DNA of 40,168 nt from an uncultured Planctomycetales bacterium (GCA_964479285.1 CAYZLU010000001.1:1-40168); one strand, 5' to 3'; numbered from the stretch's first letter, positions 14,574 through 23,654 are shown. Notes: generated from the sequence alone by a model not told the origin. Numbers and translations: made by a program.

Positions 14574-15257
14574 ATGGCACAATCAGAAATAATTAACGAA
14601 CTCGCTGCCGCTCTGTCAAAAGCCCAAGGGGAAATGCAAGCGGCGATCAAAGACAAGGTAAACCCATTCTTCAAAAGCTCATATGCGGACTTAGGAAGCG
14701 TTTGGGACGCAGCGCGGCCAGTATTGAGCAAATACGGTCTTTGCGTCATGCAGACAACCGAGATCAACGCAGACGCCAGCAAAATCATCATGGTCACAAC
14801 CCTGGCGCATACGTCCGGCCAGTGGATGAAATCTTACTTACCCCTCAACCCATCAAAGAATGATAGCCAGGGGGTGGGAGCGGCTTTAACTTATTTGCGT
14901 CGATATTCCCTATCTGCTATAGTAGGAGTGGTTTGCGATGAAGATGATGATGGAGAAACTGCGGTTGGAAGAGGGAAGCAGCAATCGGGCCACACTATTA
15001 ACCAACAAGTTCAAACCATTTCCCAAAATAGTCTTGAAAAGATTGGAAAGGCTGAAATCATAGCCCTTACAACACTAATCCAAAGTCTAGATGAGGAAAG
15101 CAATAACAGCTTTCTTGGATGGATTAGCAAAAGCTTCGGAGCTCAGTCCGTTAAAGATATTCCTAAGGATTGCTTCGAAAAGTGCATGGCTTCTCTCAAT
15201 GCTAAAATTAAATATTTGAACGATAAAAACAAAGAACAAATAATGGCGGTGGCTTGA
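14574..15257 (+). CDS. erf: Erf-family single-strand annealing protein.
   Basis: LAAALSKAQGEMQAAIKDKVNPFFKSSYADLGSVWDAARPVLSKYGL matches the conserved ERF N-terminal signature. Confidence 0.75.
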   Translation: MAQSEIINELAAALSKAQGEMQAAIKDKVNPFFKSSYADLGSVWDAARPVLSKYGLCVMQTTEINADASKIIMVTTLAHTSGQWMKSYLPLNPSKNDSQGVGAALTYLRRYSLSAIVGVVCDEDDDGETAVGRGKQQSGHTINQQVQTISQNSLEKIGKAEIIALTTLIQSLDEESNNSFLGWISKSFGAQSVKDIPKDCFEKCMASLNAKIKYLNDKNKEQIMAVA

Positions 15258-16117
15258 TGAAAATAATTGATGTAAAACAAGGTTCACCAGAGTGGCTGGC
15301 CTGGAGAAAGACAGTCATTACCGCAACGGACTGCTCTTGCATCATGGGTACTAACCCGTGGTGCTCAGAGTATCAATGCTGGCAGAGAAAGCTCGGGTTA
15401 ATTCCTGAGCAAGCAAGTAACGAAGCTATGGAGAGGGGGAAGTGTTTAGAGCCTGAAGCGCGGGCTCAGTTTATCGAGCGCTACGGCATAGACATTGTTC
15501 CCATCGTTGTGGAAAGCACTGAATATGACTTTCTTGGAGCTTCATTAGACGGTATATCTGAACTAGGGAATGCTATACTTGAAATCAAATGTGGAGGCTC
15601 TAAGCTGCACCAAATGGCTGCCAATGGGGAAATACCGCCATACTACATGGATCAGATGCAACATCAATTGATTGTAACGGGAGCATACAAATGCTTCTAT
15701 TACAGCTATGACGGGAAAAATGGTATTTGTATAGAAGTTTTACCAGACCCAGAATTTAAATCAAGGTATCTAACCAGGGCGAGAGAATTTTGGAGGTGCG
15801 TAGCATTCAATGAATCCCCTCCATTGCAAAATTCCGATTACCAAAATAAAGATGATGATCTAGATTTGCAAGAAGATTTAAAAGCTTATGAAGAAATAGA
15901 CATTGCCATCAAAGCTCTTGAAGAAAAAAAAGATGCCAGAAGGAAAAAAATTATCGAGAGATGCGATAATCAAAGTAGCATTTGTTTCGGAAAGAAAATT
16001 ATCAAAATGACATTACGGGGTCGCGTCGATTATGACTCGATACCAGAATTAAAGGGTCTGAATCTCGACCCCTATCGAAAGAGCTCAACTTCGTCTTGGA
16101 AAATCTTAGTCTCATGA
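15254..16117 (+). CDS. YqaJ-like (lambda Exo-type, PD-(D/E)XK) recombination exonuclease.
   Basis: GSPEWLAWRKTVITATDCSCIMG...LEPEAR...ASLDG...ILEIKC. ATGA-coupled to erf. Confidence 0.8.
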   Translation: MMKIIDVKQGSPEWLAWRKTVITATDCSCIMGTNPWCSEYQCWQRKLGLIPEQASNEAMERGKCLEPEARAQFIERYGIDIVPIVVESTEYDFLGASLDGISELGNAILEIKCGGSKLHQMAANGEIPPYYMDQMQHQLIVTGAYKCFYYSYDGKNGICIEVLPDPEFKSRYLTRAREFWRCVAFNESPPLQNSDYQNKDDDLDLQEDLKAYEEIDIAIKALEEKKDARRKKIIERCDNQSSICFGKKIIKMTLRGRVDYDSIPELKGLNLDPYRKSSTSSWKILVS

Positions 16118-16126
16118 GAAAAAAAG

Positions 16127-16156
16127 AATCCCTATAGTATCTCTACTATAGGGATT
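16127..16156. terminator. Rho-independent terminator between convergent genes.
   Basis: A 13-bp stem (aatccctatagta / tactatagggatt) with a 4-nt loop. The upstream A-run gives a T7 tract on the minus strand. It is weaker in the plus direction. Confidence 0.7.
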
Positions 16157-16159
16157 TCC

Positions 16160-16294
16160 TTAGCAACCTTTTTTCTTCATGGCCTTTTTCATGCCCATTT
16201 TCTCGTGCTTCTTGTCATTCTTCTTATCCATCTTCTCAAGTTTTTCCATACCCTTGTCCATGGCTTTCTTTTCTTTTTTTATGGCTTTATCCAT
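16160..16294 (-). CDS. Small Lys-rich protein (44 aa, below the track threshold).
   Basis: Hand-translated as MDKAIKKEKKAMDKGMEKLEKMDKKNDKKHEKMGMKKAMKKKGC. AAGGA lies upstream. Confidence 0.4.
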   Translation of the reverse strand: MDKAIKKEKKAMDKGMEKLEKMDKKNDKKHEKMGMKKAMKKKGC

Positions 16295-16309
16295 TACTTT
16301 TTCCTTTAG

Positions 16310-16540
16310 TTAGGCGGTAGCCGCTTCTAGAACGACTTGACTTGGTTGTTTTTGAATTTTTACATCTTTATGACTTTTCAAAATATCACAAAGTAGATCG
16401 ATCGCCTGGTTTTTTCCATTCTCATCATTCAAATATTGTGGATTAACGATGTTTAATAGGTTTGCCAATTGTTGAAGCATTCCAGCGGTATGAGTATATT
16501 GTAGTCCATCTTTGAATAGATTTTTAAATTCATCTAACAT
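16310..16540 (-). CDS. Hypothetical protein (76 aa).
   Basis: ORF downstream of the lipoprotein gene. Confidence 0.55.
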   Translation of the reverse strand: MLDEFKNLFKDGLQYTHTAGMLQQLANLLNIVNPQYLNDENGKNQAIDLLCDILKSHKDVKIQKQPSQVVLEAATA

Positions 16541-16560
16541 AATTAATTTACCTTTGTTGT

Positions 16561-16932
16561 TTATGATTTTTTCTTAACATTTTTTTCGAAATCAAATAGG
16601 TCTTGCAGTTTCCCGAACCAACCCTTTTCCTTTTTTACTGGCTCTTCCTGTTTTTTCTCAACAAAATTCTTATCGTTTAATGAAGATTCTTCTTGGTAGT
16701 AGAATTTTTTTTTCTTTCTCTTTTTTTGGTTCGTTTCTGGTTTTTTTTCTTTTTTCTCTACTTCATCGGGGGTTTTTCTCTCACCAGGTTTATTTTCTGA
16801 ATGTGGTTTATTTTTTTTACACTCAGCTTCCTTTTTGGGAATAGGTGCACCAAAAAGATCTTTTCCATCATGAGAACCGGTTGAACAACCTGTTAAAATA
16901 AACACTAAACAAAAAATTAAAAACTTACACAT
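16561..16932 (-). CDS. Putative lipoprotein, Lys-rich.
   Basis: The N-terminus MCKFLIFCLVFILTGCS is a signal peptide with an L-T-G-C lipobox. The remainder is highly charged. Confidence 0.6.
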   Translation of the reverse strand: MCKFLIFCLVFILTGCSTGSHDGKDLFGAPIPKKEAECKKNKPHSENKPGERKTPDEVEKKEKKPETNQKKRKKKKFYYQEESSLNDKNFVEKKQEEPVKKEKGWFGKLQDLFDFEKNVKKKS

Positions 16933-17020
16933 ATTGACTCCTTAAATTTTTTTTATCTATACCAAATACATACATAAAAATATAATTTATGGTAAAGAAA
17001 AGATATCATAAAAGGACGCC

Positions 17021-17239
17021 ATGAAAAAATACGTTTATGTTTTCTTTATTGCTTTATTTATTACTTCGGTTGGCTACGCTTGTCTACAAATGGACAAAGT
17101 CAAGGCATACATTAAAGAAATGATCCTCGATAGGGTAGAGGGCAATTCTCGCGATGAGCTAAACGGGGAAGCGGGAGACGAAGTTGAGCTTCTACTTGAA
17201 GTTTACGACTTTATGGAGCAAGTCGAGCAAGGGGATTAA
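17021..17239 (+). CDS. Small secreted or membrane-anchored protein.
   Basis: 72 aa with a hydrophobic N-terminus (MKKYVYVFFIALFITSVGYA) and an acidic C-terminus. Confidence 0.5.
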   Translation: MKKYVYVFFIALFITSVGYACLQMDKVKAYIKEMILDRVEGNSRDELNGEAGDEVELLLEVYDFMEQVEQGD

Positions 17240-18810
17240 CCAGTGAAATAGAAACCGCATCCGTTCATTTGGCTAGTATTTCCAAAGTTCGAATTTGTCA
17301 AGTTACTGAGTCCTGTATCTCCTGAAGATGAACCAAATAATGCTGCTGTTGTAACTCCATTGCCTACGTTAAGCACTACTGTCGGGGCGGTCCCTGGCAA
17401 TGAACTTAAAAGGGGATAAGCAACATTGCTCCACCCTACTGCACTATTGCCGTTTAAAGGAAACCCTGTAACCGCTGCAATTCCAGTTGAACTACCTTTG
17501 CTAGATAAAGTTATATTAAAAGTGTAAAAAACAACATTACCTATTCTTGTATATGAGCCTGATTGAGTTGTGTAAGTGATCCCTGTAGTGCCTCCACCAA
17601 AACTAATTCCTGGAGTCCATGAGCCCGCCTGAACGTAATTGGTTAAAAAGTTAGACCCGTCAAAAGTTATCCCCGCCGTAGAACCAGCAGAAGCACCGAC
17701 ACCAAGACCTGAGACTCTAGGGTATCCGGTAAAAGTCGGTAGAGCTGATCCGCCACCACTTTGTAAGACCTGGTTAGCGGCATTATCCGTTACTTGCTGC
17801 ACCGCTCCTGTTGTCGTAGTGCCCGCCGTGATAATCTCATAGGCTGTTAAAGAAGATTGACCGCTTCCGCCATTAGCCACCGTCAAAGGAGTTAATAGAG
17901 ACAAAGAACCCATTTGGTTGGCGAATGAAGTCTTTGTGGTGACGTTATTTCCTGAAGATGAACCGTTGTAACTAACTTCATTTAAATTTACCGTTCCTGC
18001 GCCTGTCAAAACGTTCGTGTTAGAGCTTGAACATGAGGAATTTGCAATATAAACTTGTGTTCCAGACCCTATTGAAATTGTAGATGCAGACCCAGAGTAA
18101 AGAGAACTGTTAAAAATTTCATTTATTCCACTTCCTGCTGTTGTTAATAAAGTAGAATTTAAACTATTATCATTCCATTTACTATTATAACAATTTAAAA
18201 TTGCAGTTGAGGAAGTTGTCCAAAAAGTACTTAATGTGCTATTAAAAAATTGAACAGAACCTGCTGCAATGGTATTTGTTGTAGCGTCAACGGAAGCAAT
18301 TAAACATCCCCTGCAAACAACAGCACCCGTAGTTATCGTAAATATTTTATAAGTAGAAGCTGCATATAAACTACATTGGAAAAATACTATAACAAAACTT
18401 GCTGCATTAACTGTTATAGAATTGTTATTGCTGGCGTAAAAAGAACAATTATAAAAATTTAAATTTGAAGCATTTGATCCGGTTACATTTAAAAGAAAAT
18501 TTGAATTTGTTGTAAATCCAATTCCTGAAATGTTAACTACACCATTATATGATGCCGATACAGTTCCAACTATATTTACGTTTCCGGATTTATTTTGATA
18601 ACCTTCGTCGCATTCATAAGCGCTTAAATTAACGCCTGCTTTTAGTGTGATGTCCTCGGTGTAAGTCCCTGGCCGAATGAAAATAGTATCTCCCGACGAT
18701 GCAGAAGAGAGCGCTCCCGCTACTGTTGTGTGAGTCCCTTGAGTTGCGTCACTAGAGACAATCCATTTAGCTGACGTGAATGTATTAGTGCTAATTACTT
18801 GTTGTGACAT
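17236..18810 (-). CDS. Tail spike/fibre protein with a beta-helix-like N-terminal part.
   Basis: 524 aa, Ser/Thr/Asn/Gly-rich. GDTIFIRPGTYTEDITLKAGVNL is pectate-lyase-fold-like. The C-terminus contains GSWTPGISFGGGTTGITYTTQSGSYTRIGNVVF, a common fibre-tip pattern. Confidence 0.65.
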   Translation of the reverse strand: MSQQVISTNTFTSAKWIVSSDATQGTHTTVAGALSSASSGDTIFIRPGTYTEDITLKAGVNLSAYECDEGYQNKSGNVNIVGTVSASYNGVVNISGIGFTTNSNFLLNVTGSNASNLNFYNCSFYASNNNSITVNAASFVIVFFQCSLYAASTYKIFTITTGAVVCRGCLIASVDATTNTIAAGSVQFFNSTLSTFWTTSSTAILNCYNSKWNDNSLNSTLLTTAGSGINEIFNSSLYSGSASTISIGSGTQVYIANSSCSSSNTNVLTGAGTVNLNEVSYNGSSSGNNVTTKTSFANQMGSLSLLTPLTVANGGSGQSSLTAYEIITAGTTTTGAVQQVTDNAANQVLQSGGGSALPTFTGYPRVSGLGVGASAGSTAGITFDGSNFLTNYVQAGSWTPGISFGGGTTGITYTTQSGSYTRIGNVVFYTFNITLSSKGSSTGIAAVTGFPLNGNSAVGWSNVAYPLLSSLPGTAPTVVLNVGNGVTTAALFGSSSGDTGLSNLTNSNFGNTSQMNGCGFYFTG

Positions 18811-18819
18811 TAATTATCC

Positions 18820-20316
18820 TTAAGTTAAAGTCCAGTTACCCACCCAGTTCTCGGCTCGCCAAATAGTTGATGCGCCTGCTGTAATACATCTTAATTGAAT
18901 GCAATCACCGACATTCGTAGCCACAGCCGTTCCTGTCACCCCAACGGTTCCAGAAGCTGAACCCATTAAAATTTGCTGATTCGAGTTAGGTGTGATCGTA
19001 GCAAGACCGAGCTTCCCAACGATTTTGATAGTGTCGCCCAAGGCTGCTGTTGATGGCAGAGTATAAGTGACGTTAGTGTGATCTGTGACGTAACCCTGAT
19101 TGACCGCAAGTGTTTGTGTCGCTCCTGTCACGTCTGTCCAGGGCATTCCGCTCGGGTTTGTGTTTGCGATAGTGATTGTGTTAGCTGTAGGGGTGATCGT
19201 AATACCTGTGCCGGCTGTCAAAACTGCTGTGCCTAGTTGATTAGACGCTTCTGTCACGACTGTAGCTACTGACCCGACATTCACTGCATCAATACCAGCG
19301 ATAAAGCACCTGTTTTGTTGACCGTTTCCAGAGCCGTTATTACCAATTCTAATAGTGTTATTATCACCCGAAGTACCTAAAGCCTCACCAATTATGATAT
19401 TACTAGAGTCTGTTGTAGAATTATTATAACCAGCGCTTTGACCGATAAAAATGTTGTAAGAGCCTGTAGTTGGAGAACCTGGATTTCCGTAAGCAAAAGC
19501 ACCTATTGCAGTATTATTGACGCCTGTAGTGATCGAAAGACCGCTTTGCATTCCATAGCAACTATTTCTTGAAGAAAGATTGGCATATGCTAAACTATTA
19601 TATCCGCAAGCAGTATTATATAATCCTGTAGTTTCTGAACTAAGTGCGAAGTATCCTACAGCTGTAGAGTATAAGCTAGATGTTAATTGATAACCTGCGT
19701 TAGTACCTATAAGTGTCGAGTATGATCCGACCGTTAATCCTAAACCTGCTTGGTAGCCAATTGCGACGTTCCAAAACGCATTATTTTGATTTTTAAGAGC
19801 CTGGTAACCGATACCTACCATGCCCCCATTAGTCGCCTCTGTTGATAATGCGGTTGTCCCAATTGCGATGCTCGTACTCTGCGTCTGGTTAGCTGCGAGG
19901 GCGTTGAACCCTATGGCTATGTTATCAGTTCCGGACGTGGTTGCCCCTGCTGCGCCTAGTCCATATCCATAGTTGTGAGTTCCAGAAGTGATGGCGCCAT
20001 TTGACCCTAGAAGCAAGTTTGACAATCCAAAATCGAGAGTTTCAGTTGAAACCGCTCCTGCAAATTTAACCGTAGAGTTGGCAGTTAAAATATTCCAGTT
20101 TCCTGCCGTCGGGCTAAGGGGTCCACCGCTGTTCCCTGTGATCGTTTGACCAGCTCCCGATCCGCTTAATGCGATGGTGGTATTTCCTGCAACGCCACTT
20201 GCATTTGTAAGGGTGATTCCCGTTCCCGCTTGGAAGGTTCTTCCGAAAAAGGTTGCGGTCCCGTCAAAGACGACATAACCCGCTGTTCCAATATTAAGAT
20301 CGTTGCTAGCTGCCAT
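18820..20316 (-). CDS. Tail fibre protein with repetitive (N/S)xAIG-type repeats.
   Basis: Contains IAIGFNALA, SIAIGTTAL, VGIGYQAL, VAIGYQAG and TAIGAFAY repeats. The ATG at 20316 forms a TAATG overlap with the upstream stop. The track start is 20358. Confidence 0.7.
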   Translation of the reverse strand: MAASNDLNIGTAGYVVFDGTATFFGRTFQAGTGITLTNASGVAGNTTIALSGSGAGQTITGNSGGPLSPTAGNWNILTANSTVKFAGAVSTETLDFGLSNLLLGSNGAITSGTHNYGYGLGAAGATTSGTDNIAIGFNALAANQTQSTSIAIGTTALSTEATNGGMVGIGYQALKNQNNAFWNVAIGYQAGLGLTVGSYSTLIGTNAGYQLTSSLYSTAVGYFALSSETTGLYNTACGYNSLAYANLSSRNSCYGMQSGLSITTGVNNTAIGAFAYGNPGSPTTGSYNIFIGQSAGYNNSTTDSSNIIIGEALGTSGDNNTIRIGNNGSGNGQQNRCFIAGIDAVNVGSVATVVTEASNQLGTAVLTAGTGITITPTANTITIANTNPSGMPWTDVTGATQTLAVNQGYVTDHTNVTYTLPSTAALGDTIKIVGKLGLATITPNSNQQILMGSASGTVGVTGTAVATNVGDCIQLRCITAGASTIWRAENWVGNWTLT

Positions 20317-20813
20317 TATGTCACCGCCCATGTACCCATTGATGAAATTGTGTGCCAAGTGGCGTCCGCTGTTCTGTAAGCAAGTTCTAAAGTAGAACCC
20401 CTTGTATTGCTAACCGCTGTTCCTCCCGCTGCGCTGATATTCGACGAAACTTGAATCATATCGGACCCTTGCGCTTGTACTGTGACGGCGCTAGAGGTAT
20501 CAGCAAAAATGTAAACTGTAGTTCCTTGAGCAGGAGCGCTCGGCAATGTGGCTGTTAAAGATGCAGTACAGAAATAACCATTTTGAGAAACAGCATTGAA
20601 ATTAGTTGCTTCATCCGTCCAAGTCATTCCGTCTGTTTTAACAGTAATTATAATTTCATTTGATGCACCTAAAGAAGTCGTTACACCAATTCCACCATGG
20701 ACTTCTAAAACATTTCCAGAAGGAACCGCTGTTCCTACATCTAAAACATAAGAGGTTGCTACTGATGGAGGAATAGGCGTGGAAGAAGGATTTAATTTTC
20801 CGGATTGTGACAT
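20316..20813 (-). CDS. Tail fibre-like protein (165 aa).
   Basis: It shares a C-terminal module with the 18820 and 21180 products: NGYFCTASLTATLPSAPAQGTTVYI. Confidence 0.55.
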   Translation of the reverse strand: MSQSGKLNPSSTPIPPSVATSYVLDVGTAVPSGNVLEVHGGIGVTTSLGASNEIIITVKTDGMTWTDEATNFNAVSQNGYFCTASLTATLPSAPAQGTTVYIFADTSSAVTVQAQGSDMIQVSSNISAAGGTAVSNTRGSTLELAYRTADATWHTISSMGTWAVT

Positions 20814-20825
20814 TATTTCCCTCTT

Positions 20826-21170
20826 TTAATTTGGTTGTGCATAAACGACTTCAATGTAAACATTTCCAGTTGTTGGGGCAGAACCATATCTGACACTCCA
20901 TTGCGTACCGATAGGAAGCACAAAATCATCCATATTTACAGGCCTATGGTTAGTTGTCAGATCTAATAATTTGAAACTTCCAGCAGGTACAATTATTTGA
21001 TCTGTAGTTCCATTCATGCTAAAGAACAAATCTTTATCTGTTGTATTAGTAAAACAAATAAGCCTAGCTTGATAGGAAAAAGGAGTTCCTACAGGGGTAT
21101 AGCTACCAGTTATGCTACCGAATGCAATACTTCTAAGAGTGTCAACTTGAACCTTGTTTGTAAAAGACAT
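20826..21170 (-). CDS. Small virion/fibre-associated protein (114 aa).
   Basis: Beta-rich ORF inside the fibre cluster. Confidence 0.5.
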   Translation of the reverse strand: MSFTNKVQVDTLRSIAFGSITGSYTPVGTPFSYQARLICFTNTTDKDLFFSMNGTTDQIIVPAGSFKLLDLTTNHRPVNMDDFVLPIGTQWSVRYGSAPTTGNVYIEVVYAQPN

Positions 21171-21179
21171 AATTACCTA

Positions 21180-22004
21180 TTAGCTAAAAGTTAAACCAGT
21201 TGTTCCAGTTCCTCCGACAACGATGAATTCCACGTTGGCTACAGTACACATAAGAACAACAGAGGTAGATTTAGCACCGGCTAATGTTCCTGTGGCTCCA
21301 CTAGTAGTATGGTTAGTATTTAGCCAAATCTCTTGTCCAGTTGCTTGAGTGATAATCCATCCTGATGTATTTGCTTGAGCCCCAGCTATTAAGAACATAT
21401 CTCCTACGGCAGCAGTTGCTGGAAGAGCAAAAGAAGTTTGGGCTGCTTGAGTTACTACGTAAGAGTTTTGAGCAACTAATGTTCCCCCTGTGGAGGCGGC
21501 ATTTATGTTATAGCCACCAGACTTCAAATCTATTGCTAAAGAATGAGCACCACTTGTGAAATTTACACCTGTTGAGGTTGTCAATGTTCCGAAAGCGGGA
21601 TCTGCTCCTGTTGAACCAATTAATAGTTGTCCGTTTGTTGCAGCTGCTGTTGCAACAATAGAACCTGTGCCTTCGCCAATTAACACGCCGTGTGCCGTAT
21701 AAGTAGCCGGCGTATATGGACCGATCAAGGATAAAGTTACTGCTCCAGTTGTTGGACTTGCTAAAATCTGATTTGCAGTCCCTGTTACAGATAGGACATC
21801 TCCCGACCCAGTTGCAATTTCAACCCAATTTCCACCGCCTCCATACAGGTAAAAAGCTGTAGGAGAAGTAGGAGGTGTAAATACTAGCTGTCCAATTTCA
21901 TAGTTTGTTTGGTTGCTCGTGGGTGGATTTTGGAAAGGAAGTGGTGGTGGTAATACAGGTATTAAAGCCTGCCCAATTCCGTAAACTTGAAACATTTTGG
22001 ACAT
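21180..22004 (-). CDS. Tail fibre or adaptor protein (274 aa).
   Basis: First gene of the fibre operon, Gly/Thr/Ala-rich. The C-terminal module is NSYVVTQAAQTSFALPATAAVGDMFLI. Confidence 0.6.
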   Translation of the reverse strand: MSKMFQVYGIGQALIPVLPPPLPFQNPPTSNQTNYEIGQLVFTPPTSPTAFYLYGGGGNWVEIATGSGDVLSVTGTANQILASPTTGAVTLSLIGPYTPATYTAHGVLIGEGTGSIVATAAATNGQLLIGSTGADPAFGTLTTSTGVNFTSGAHSLAIDLKSGGYNINAASTGGTLVAQNSYVVTQAAQTSFALPATAAVGDMFLIAGAQANTSGWIITQATGQEIWLNTNHTTSGATGTLAGAKSTSVVLMCTVANVEFIVVGGTGTTGLTFS

Positions 22005-22029
22005 ATATATTCTCCTTTTGCGTTTAAAA

Positions 22030-22064
22030 TTGAAATTTGCTGCATAAAAATTACCTAAGTCAAC
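22030..22064 (-). promoter_or_regulatory. Candidate leftward promoter for the fibre operon.
   Basis: The minus strand reads TTGACT (22063..22058), 17 nt, GCAAAT. The -35 is the left arm of the inverted repeat AAGTCAAC/GTTGACTT. Confidence 0.3.
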
Positions 22065-22088
22065 TAATTTATTTATTTCTAGATCGTG

Positions 22089-22117
22089 TTGACTTTTAAG
22101 ATGCAGCGTTGCACAAT
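22089..22117 (+). promoter_or_regulatory. Candidate rightward sigma70-type promoter.
   Basis: TTGACT (22089..22094), 17 nt, CACAAT (22112..22117). Confidence 0.4.
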
Positions 22118-22150
22118 GTGATCTTACATAACCAAAAGGAATTAAGAATT

Positions 22151-22354
22151 ATGTCTGTGAATTTTATGACGGTAGAGCAATTTGCAGAACGCATGAAAAT
22201 CAGCGCTGTAAGTGTAAGAAGGTCTATTCAGCAAGGAAAGATATTTGCTACACGCCCAAGCATGGGAAAACGAGCTCCTTATAGAATTGCTGAATCAGAG
22301 CTTGAGAGATTGCACTTGCAGTGTATGTGCGAAAATAAAAACCAGGTGAAATGA
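22151..22354 (+). CDS. Excisionase/MerR-like HTH_17 DNA-binding protein.
   Basis: MSVNFMTVEQFAERMKISAVSVRRSIQQGKIFATRP...YRIAESELERL. The ATG at 22151 has AAAGGA upstream. Confidence 0.6.
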   Translation: MSVNFMTVEQFAERMKISAVSVRRSIQQGKIFATRPSMGKRAPYRIAESELERLHLQCMCENKNQVK

Positions 22355-22554
22355 TGACTGATAGATATAATTATTTGGTCGTAGGATTAGAAAAAGAAAT
22401 TCGAAGTGATGATGCGGTAAGTCTGATTGAAGCAATAAAAATGTTAAAAGGGGTTATGAATGTTAAGGCAAACGTGTCAAATGCAGATGATTGGATAGCC
22501 AAAGAAACGGCAAGAAATGATCTTATTAAGAAATTATGGGATGTTCTAAGGTGA
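22351..22554 (+). CDS. Hypothetical protein (67 aa).
   Basis: The ORF is ATGA-coupled to the HTH gene. Confidence 0.55.
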   Translation: MMTDRYNYLVVGLEKEIRSDDAVSLIEAIKMLKGVMNVKANVSNADDWIAKETARNDLIKKLWDVLR

Positions 22555-22866
22555 AGTAATGAAAAAAAATAAGATTTGAAAACTAATTTAGTAGATTTTA
22601 GTAGGTTGTATGAATGAAGAGTCTGTGAATAAGGTGTTTATTAATGATAGGCACTTCGTAATAACAATACCATTATTATGTTTTATAATAGATAAGATTT
22701 GTAGGATTTATTTTGGATAAAGAACAACAAAAAATTTTAGACGAGCATCTTTCAAAAGAATTTAAAAAACTTGCTGATAACTTTGAGTACAAACTTAAAG
22801 AAATTATGTCTATAACGAATGATGCAGAAGCTATACATATACTTAATTTAACACTGAAGGTAATTC

Positions 22867-23244
22867 ATGGAAGATTCAATTAAGAGCGTTTGGAAGTGCT
22901 GTAAAAAACAACCTCCGGAAACAGGAAAGAAGGTTTTGTGTTTTAAGGAAGGGGATTTGTATGTCGCTTTTAGATTAGGAAATTATTATATTCCAATGCC
23001 ATTTGCTGACCATTATTTCTCAAGAGATCTTTCATTTCCTGAAACTTGGAGCGAGATAGATTTTCCTCAAGGAATTACTGGTCATACAACGGTAGCAGTG
23101 GATCAAGATAACTACAAAAATCTTATGACGTTATCTGAGCTAGAAGTTGATTATCCTGAAGACTTTAAAATTTTTTCTGAGATGTTGATAGGAAGTCTTG
23201 GGACTCTTAAAAGAAATGTTAAAACCTGCTTTAAAAGGTTATGA
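22867..23244 (+). CDS. Hypothetical protein (125 aa), possibly DUF551-like.
   Basis: ORF with N-terminus WKCCKKQPPETGKKVLCFKEGDLYV. Confidence 0.5.
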   Translation: MEDSIKSVWKCCKKQPPETGKKVLCFKEGDLYVAFRLGNYYIPMPFADHYFSRDLSFPETWSEIDFPQGITGHTTVAVDQDNYKNLMTLSELEVDYPEDFKIFSEMLIGSLGTLKRNVKTCFKRL

Positions 23245-23470
23245 AGGTGAAATGTCTCCTTGGGCCACATCGAGTTCACAAGGCTGTACCTTTTGGAAAA
23301 AGGGAAAATGCGAGCTTCATTCTTTAGGATTGAAACCCACACAAGCTAAATTAGTAATTCATGACCAACCACTAGAAGAACACATACAGATTGCTAAGTT
23401 CATAGAGGAATCCTGGGAGTCTGAAAAAGCTGAAAAAGTTATAGAAAAATGGAAAGAGATAAATGAGTAA
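23198..23470 (+). CDS. Hypothetical protein (start uncertain; the ATG at 23252 is also possible).
   Basis: The ORF overlaps the upstream gene by 47 nt if it starts at 23198. Confidence 0.45.
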   Translation: MGLLKEMLKPALKGYEGEMSPWATSSSQGCTFWKKGKCELHSLGLKPTQAKLVIHDQPLEEHIQIAKFIEESWESEKAEKVIEKWKEINE

Positions 23471-23654
23471 GAATTTTTATCCGTATAAGACAATTAGAGG
23501 AAAAAAAAACACAGTACATCGTCACGTCATGGAAGAACATCTTGGTAGACCTCTTGAACATCATGAGCATGTTTACCATATCAATGGGGATTCAAGAGAC
23601 AATACATTAGAAAATTTGATCATCATAATTAAAAATTACAATAGGAGTAAATAA
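23463..23654 (+). CDS. Small HNH endonuclease.
   Basis: HRHVMEEHLGRPLEHHEHVYHINGDSRDNTLENL is an H-N-H core. Confidence 0.7.
   Translation: MSKNFYPYKTIRGKKNTVHRHVMEEHLGRPLEHHEHVYHINGDSRDNTLENLIIIIKNYNRSK

Noticed and set aside
17236-22004. Diversity-generating retroelement acting on the fibre tips.
   Set aside because: There is no reverse transcriptase ORF. I could not see any near-identical template/variable DNA repeat pair. The similarity between tips is only at the protein-motif level.
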